Assembly: GCA_965215005.1 (NCBI GenBank)
Contig: CBDCCZ010000003.1
Location: forward strand, 64,001-128,000
Source of the DNA: Kofleriaceae bacterium
GTDB lineage: Bacteria > Myxococcota_A > Polyangia > Haliangiales > Haliangiaceae
Reading direction: 5' to 3'
DNA: 64,000 bases
The notes beneath the pieces are model-generated. The model searched no databases. It was not told where the DNA came from and saw only the letters and a program-made list of their open reading frames with translations. Numbering within the stretch: the first letter of the stretch is position 1; each line of letters starts with the position of its first letter. Below are positions 59,290 through 64,000 of this stretch, one piece after another. Both the position numbers and the translations under genes were made by a program.

Positions 59290-60750
59290 GTGTCCCCGAC
59301 TGCTTCGTCCATCGCGCCATCATCAGGTCGCAGCACCGACATCGACCGCGCCATGCGCTTGGCGCTGATCGAGGTCGCTTTCTACGCGACCATGGTCGGT
59401 CTTGGCGAGATCTACTTCATCGCCGATGCGGTGCGCCTGGGTGCCGCTCCGCTGGAGCTAGGGTTGGTGGCGACGCTACCGCTATGCGTGGGTGCGCTGG
59501 GGCCCCTGCTGGGATTGGTGGCGCTGGCAAAGCGGGTGCGACGCAAGCTGGTGGTGCTGCTCGGAGCCGGCGCGCAAGCGGCAGCGTTGGCCGCCCTGGC
59601 TGGCAGCGACTACCTTGCCACCACTACGCCGCTCACGCTGATGATTGCGGCCTGCGTCTATCAAATTGGCGGACAAGCGGCCGGGACGGCTTGGGCCTCG
59701 TGGTTCGGCGATTTGGTTCCCGCCGACATCCGCGGCCGATATTTCGCGCGGCGCAACCGCGTCGCGCACACCGTCACGTGTGCTGCCCTCATCGCAGCGG
59801 GCGCGCTGCTGCACGTTCTGGAGCCCGGAGCCGCCGGCGATGTACGCGCAGGCGTTGGCGGAGTGGGCTTTGCGGTCATCTTTGCGGTCGCTTCGATTTC
59901 TCGCTTGCTGTCGGCAATCCTGCTCGCTGGTGCGTACGAAGCGCCATACCAGCGCCTGCCGCGCGCGCGCACGCTGGCGACACTGGCGGTCTCTAAAGCG
60001 GGTTTACCGCTGCGCCGGCTATTGGCGAGTGCGTTTGCGCTTCAGCTGATGGTCTACCTGTCCTCGCCCTTCTTTAGCCCCTTCATGCTCGAGCAGCTGC
60101 GTCTGTCGTATCTCGAGTACACGGCTGGCAGTGTAGCGGTGACTTTGTTGAAAGTGATCACGCTGCCGCGTTGGGGCCGTATTCTCGACCATCACGGCGC
60201 CCGCAACGTGTATCTCCTTGCGGTCGCGCTCATCGGCATCGTGCCGCTGCCATGGCTTTGGGCCGAGGGACTCGCATGGGTGCTCATCGCGCAAGCGCTG
60301 TCGGGCTTCGCGTGGGGCGGCCATGAGCTCGCGCAGTTTGCGTACGTATTGGAATCGACGCCGGAGCAGATGCGCCCGCATACATTTGCCAGTCTCACAA
60401 TCGCGCAGGGCACGGCACAGCTCCTCGGCGGCCTCATCGGTGGCGTCCTGCTGGGATTGGTGGGTGGCGACTTCCGCACCATCTTTGCAATAAGCATGAT
60501 CGGCCGGGCCGCCGTAGCCGCGCTGCTGCCGCGCACGCTGCCCGTGTTGACCTCGGGAAGCCCTGTTCGCCGCCGCCAGCTCTTCTTGCGCATGGTCGGT
60601 ATTCGTCCAAGTGGCGGAGCCTCCCACGGAGCCATCGCCGTGCCTCTCGCAGCAGCAAACGCCCCGGCCGCCCTCACGACGCGCCCCTCAGACACCCCCG
60701 CGCAAGAAACCCATGATCGCACGGGGGCATCCACGCACAGCAAGCGTTGA
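59290..60750 (+). CDS. MFS transporter
   Basis: About 12 TM helices; W.SW.GDLVP..IRGRYFARRN; WGRILDHHG loop. Confidence 0.88.
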   Translation: MSPTASSIAPSSGRSTDIDRAMRLALIEVAFYATMVGLGEIYFIADAVRLGAAPLELGLVATLPLCVGALGPLLGLVALAKRVRRKLVVLLGAGAQAAALAALAGSDYLATTTPLTLMIAACVYQIGGQAAGTAWASWFGDLVPADIRGRYFARRNRVAHTVTCAALIAAGALLHVLEPGAAGDVRAGVGGVGFAVIFAVASISRLLSAILLAGAYEAPYQRLPRARTLATLAVSKAGLPLRRLLASAFALQLMVYLSSPFFSPFMLEQLRLSYLEYTAGSVAVTLLKVITLPRWGRILDHHGARNVYLLAVALIGIVPLPWLWAEGLAWVLIAQALSGFAWGGHELAQFAYVLESTPEQMRPHTFASLTIAQGTAQLLGGLIGGVLLGLVGGDFRTIFAISMIGRAAVAALLPRTLPVLTSGSPVRRRQLFLRMVGIRPSGGASHGAIAVPLAAANAPAALTTRPSDTPAQETHDRTGASTHSKR

Positions 60751-60820
60751 TATCCGCAGCAGTAGAGACGAACGCGTCGCCTCGCTCAATCAATACTCTG
60801 AGAGGACCGCGCAGCCGACC

Positions 60821-61156
60821 TCATCGCGCAGCGGCGATACACGCCTCGAGCGCTTCTTGGTCGCTAAACCCGCAACTCCCATCCGCCAGAGCAACGCACT
60901 CTACCTGTTGGTAGCAGTCATACTCCGGCCTCCACTCACACGTCGTCATCACCTCGTTGCCAACTGGCGCGCAGACCGTTCCCGAGCACCCCGTCCGCAC
61001 ACAAGCGAGCCCCTCTGACTCATCAACCTCGTTGGTAGTTGCCGGCTGATCGCCACCATCGTCACCAGCCGACTGCTCGGCAGGGGGCGGCGATTCCTGC
61101 GGACCGCCACAGCCAACTCCCAAACACAAAATCACCACTGCGAGCGCGTGCTTCAT
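60821..61156 (-). CDS. Small lipoprotein with eight-cysteine cluster domain
   Basis: Lipobox GVGC; C.RTGCSG.VC...TTCEW.PEY.C....C......CG........C (8 Cys). Confidence 0.75.
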   Translation of the reverse strand: MKHALAVVILCLGVGCGGPQESPPPAEQSAGDDGGDQPATTNEVDESEGLACVRTGCSGTVCAPVGNEVMTTCEWRPEYDCYQQVECVALADGSCGFSDQEALEACIAAAR

Positions 61157-61215
61157 GCGTCCCGTTATACCGCGGGCGCCCCCGCGCCCACGGCAACGTG
61201 ACGCGAGCTTCTCGC

Positions 61216-63285
<2,070 letters not shown>

Positions 63286-63375
63286 GCGACTTCTTACCCG
63301 CACCGCTCCGCTGCCGCCAGAGTTCGCCGGTGCAGAAGCCAACCCGGCATCGTGAAGCCCAAGGCGCGACCCCGC

Positions 63376-63555
63376 CCCCAACCGAGGTGCGACCGAAGGC
63401 GACCCCGCACTCACGACCGAAGGCGACCCCGCGCCACACAACGCAACCACGACCGGAGGCGACCACGCCCCAACCGAGGTGCGACCGAAGGCGACCCCGC
63501 ACTCACGACCGAAGGCGACCCCGCGCCACACAACGCAACCACGACCGGAGGCGAC
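63376..63555. repeat. 92-bp-period tandem duplication built of CGACCG(A/G)AGGCGAC subunits
   Basis: 63376-63463 and 63468-63555 are identical by eye; three subunits per copy. Confidence 0.85.
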
Positions 63556-63696
63556 AAGCCGAAGCCGCAGGCCGTGAGCTCGGGCGCGGGGGCGTTTCGT
63601 AGTGCTCGCGCCGAAGGCGCGACGCCAACGAAGAACCCGAGCGTCGACGCGCCGCCGGACCGCAGGTCCGCCGGCGTAACGACGCGTCCCCCGCGA

Positions 63697-63805
63697 CCGC
63701 GCTCACGGCCGGAGGCGACCGCGCTCACGGCCGGAGAGGCGACCGCGCTACCGCGCTCACGGCCGGAGACGCCCCCGCGCTCACGGCCGGAGACGCCCCC
63801 GCGCC
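63697..63805. repeat. Short tandem array of CCGCGCTCACGGCCGGAG units (4 copies)
   Basis: Unit recurs at about 21-30 bp spacing with GCGAC or ACGCCC linkers. Confidence 0.8.
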
Positions 63806-63822
63806 CCCCCGGCCGACACGCG

Positions 63823-63999
63823 CTAGTTGCCGATCTTCAGCCCCCCACCGGCCTTCACCTTCAGCCCACCCCCCGCTTTCACGCCCCCGCCGCTCTTCAC
63901 CTTGCTGCCCGCCTTCGCGTCGCCCCCAGCTTTCACACCCGCCTTCGCTCCGCCCCCAACCTTCACACTCGGCGCCTTCACCTTCACGCTCGGCGCCTT
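63823..63999 (-). CDS. 3' end of a CDS with Lys/Val/Gly low-complexity tail (partial)
   Basis: Open frame ...KAPSVKVKAPSVKVGGGAKAGVKAGG...GGGLKVKAGGGLKIGN* with GC-rich third positions; runs off the window end. Confidence 0.6.
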   Translation of the reverse strand, partial: KAPSVKVKAPSVKVGGGAKAGVKAGGDAKAGSKVKSGGGVKAGGGLKVKAGGGLKIGN

Positions 64000-64000
64000 C

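Noticed and set aside
63360..63810. CRISPR array
   Set aside because: Intervening sequences are themselves repeated, spacing is irregular, and there are no cas genes.

Overview
High-GC window that looks myxobacterial (giant TPR protein, MYXO-CTERM-like segment, kinase-STAND-TPR protein, PEGA and AgmX-type proteins, many lipoproteins). The taxon is inferred from gene content only. About 45 CDSs are supportable. Core or stress genes include pyk, msrB, katE, a MenH-like hydrolase, two GSTs and two LysR regulators. Accessory loci are: (i) a translationally coupled scyA-like/scyC-like pair (cyanobacterial scytonemin core enzymes, without scyB) followed by a GST and divergent from a kinase-STAND protein; (ii) two tandem RoxA-like di-heme c-type lipoproteins; (iii) a 5'-nucleotidase / OB-fold lipoprotein / beta-barrel operon; (iv) a srsABC-like type III PKS cluster; (v) a trypsin protease inserted inside an SdrD-B-like domain, followed by a collapsed remnant of a paralogue; (vi) a protein with an internal MYXO-CTERM-like segment. 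A CTAG-bounded palindromic repeat of about 50 bp occurs three times at gene ends. No rRNA, tRNA, CRISPR array or transposase was recognised. All family calls come from motif recognition by eye, not database searches. Several starts were moved from the ORF track using RBS or signal-peptide logic.
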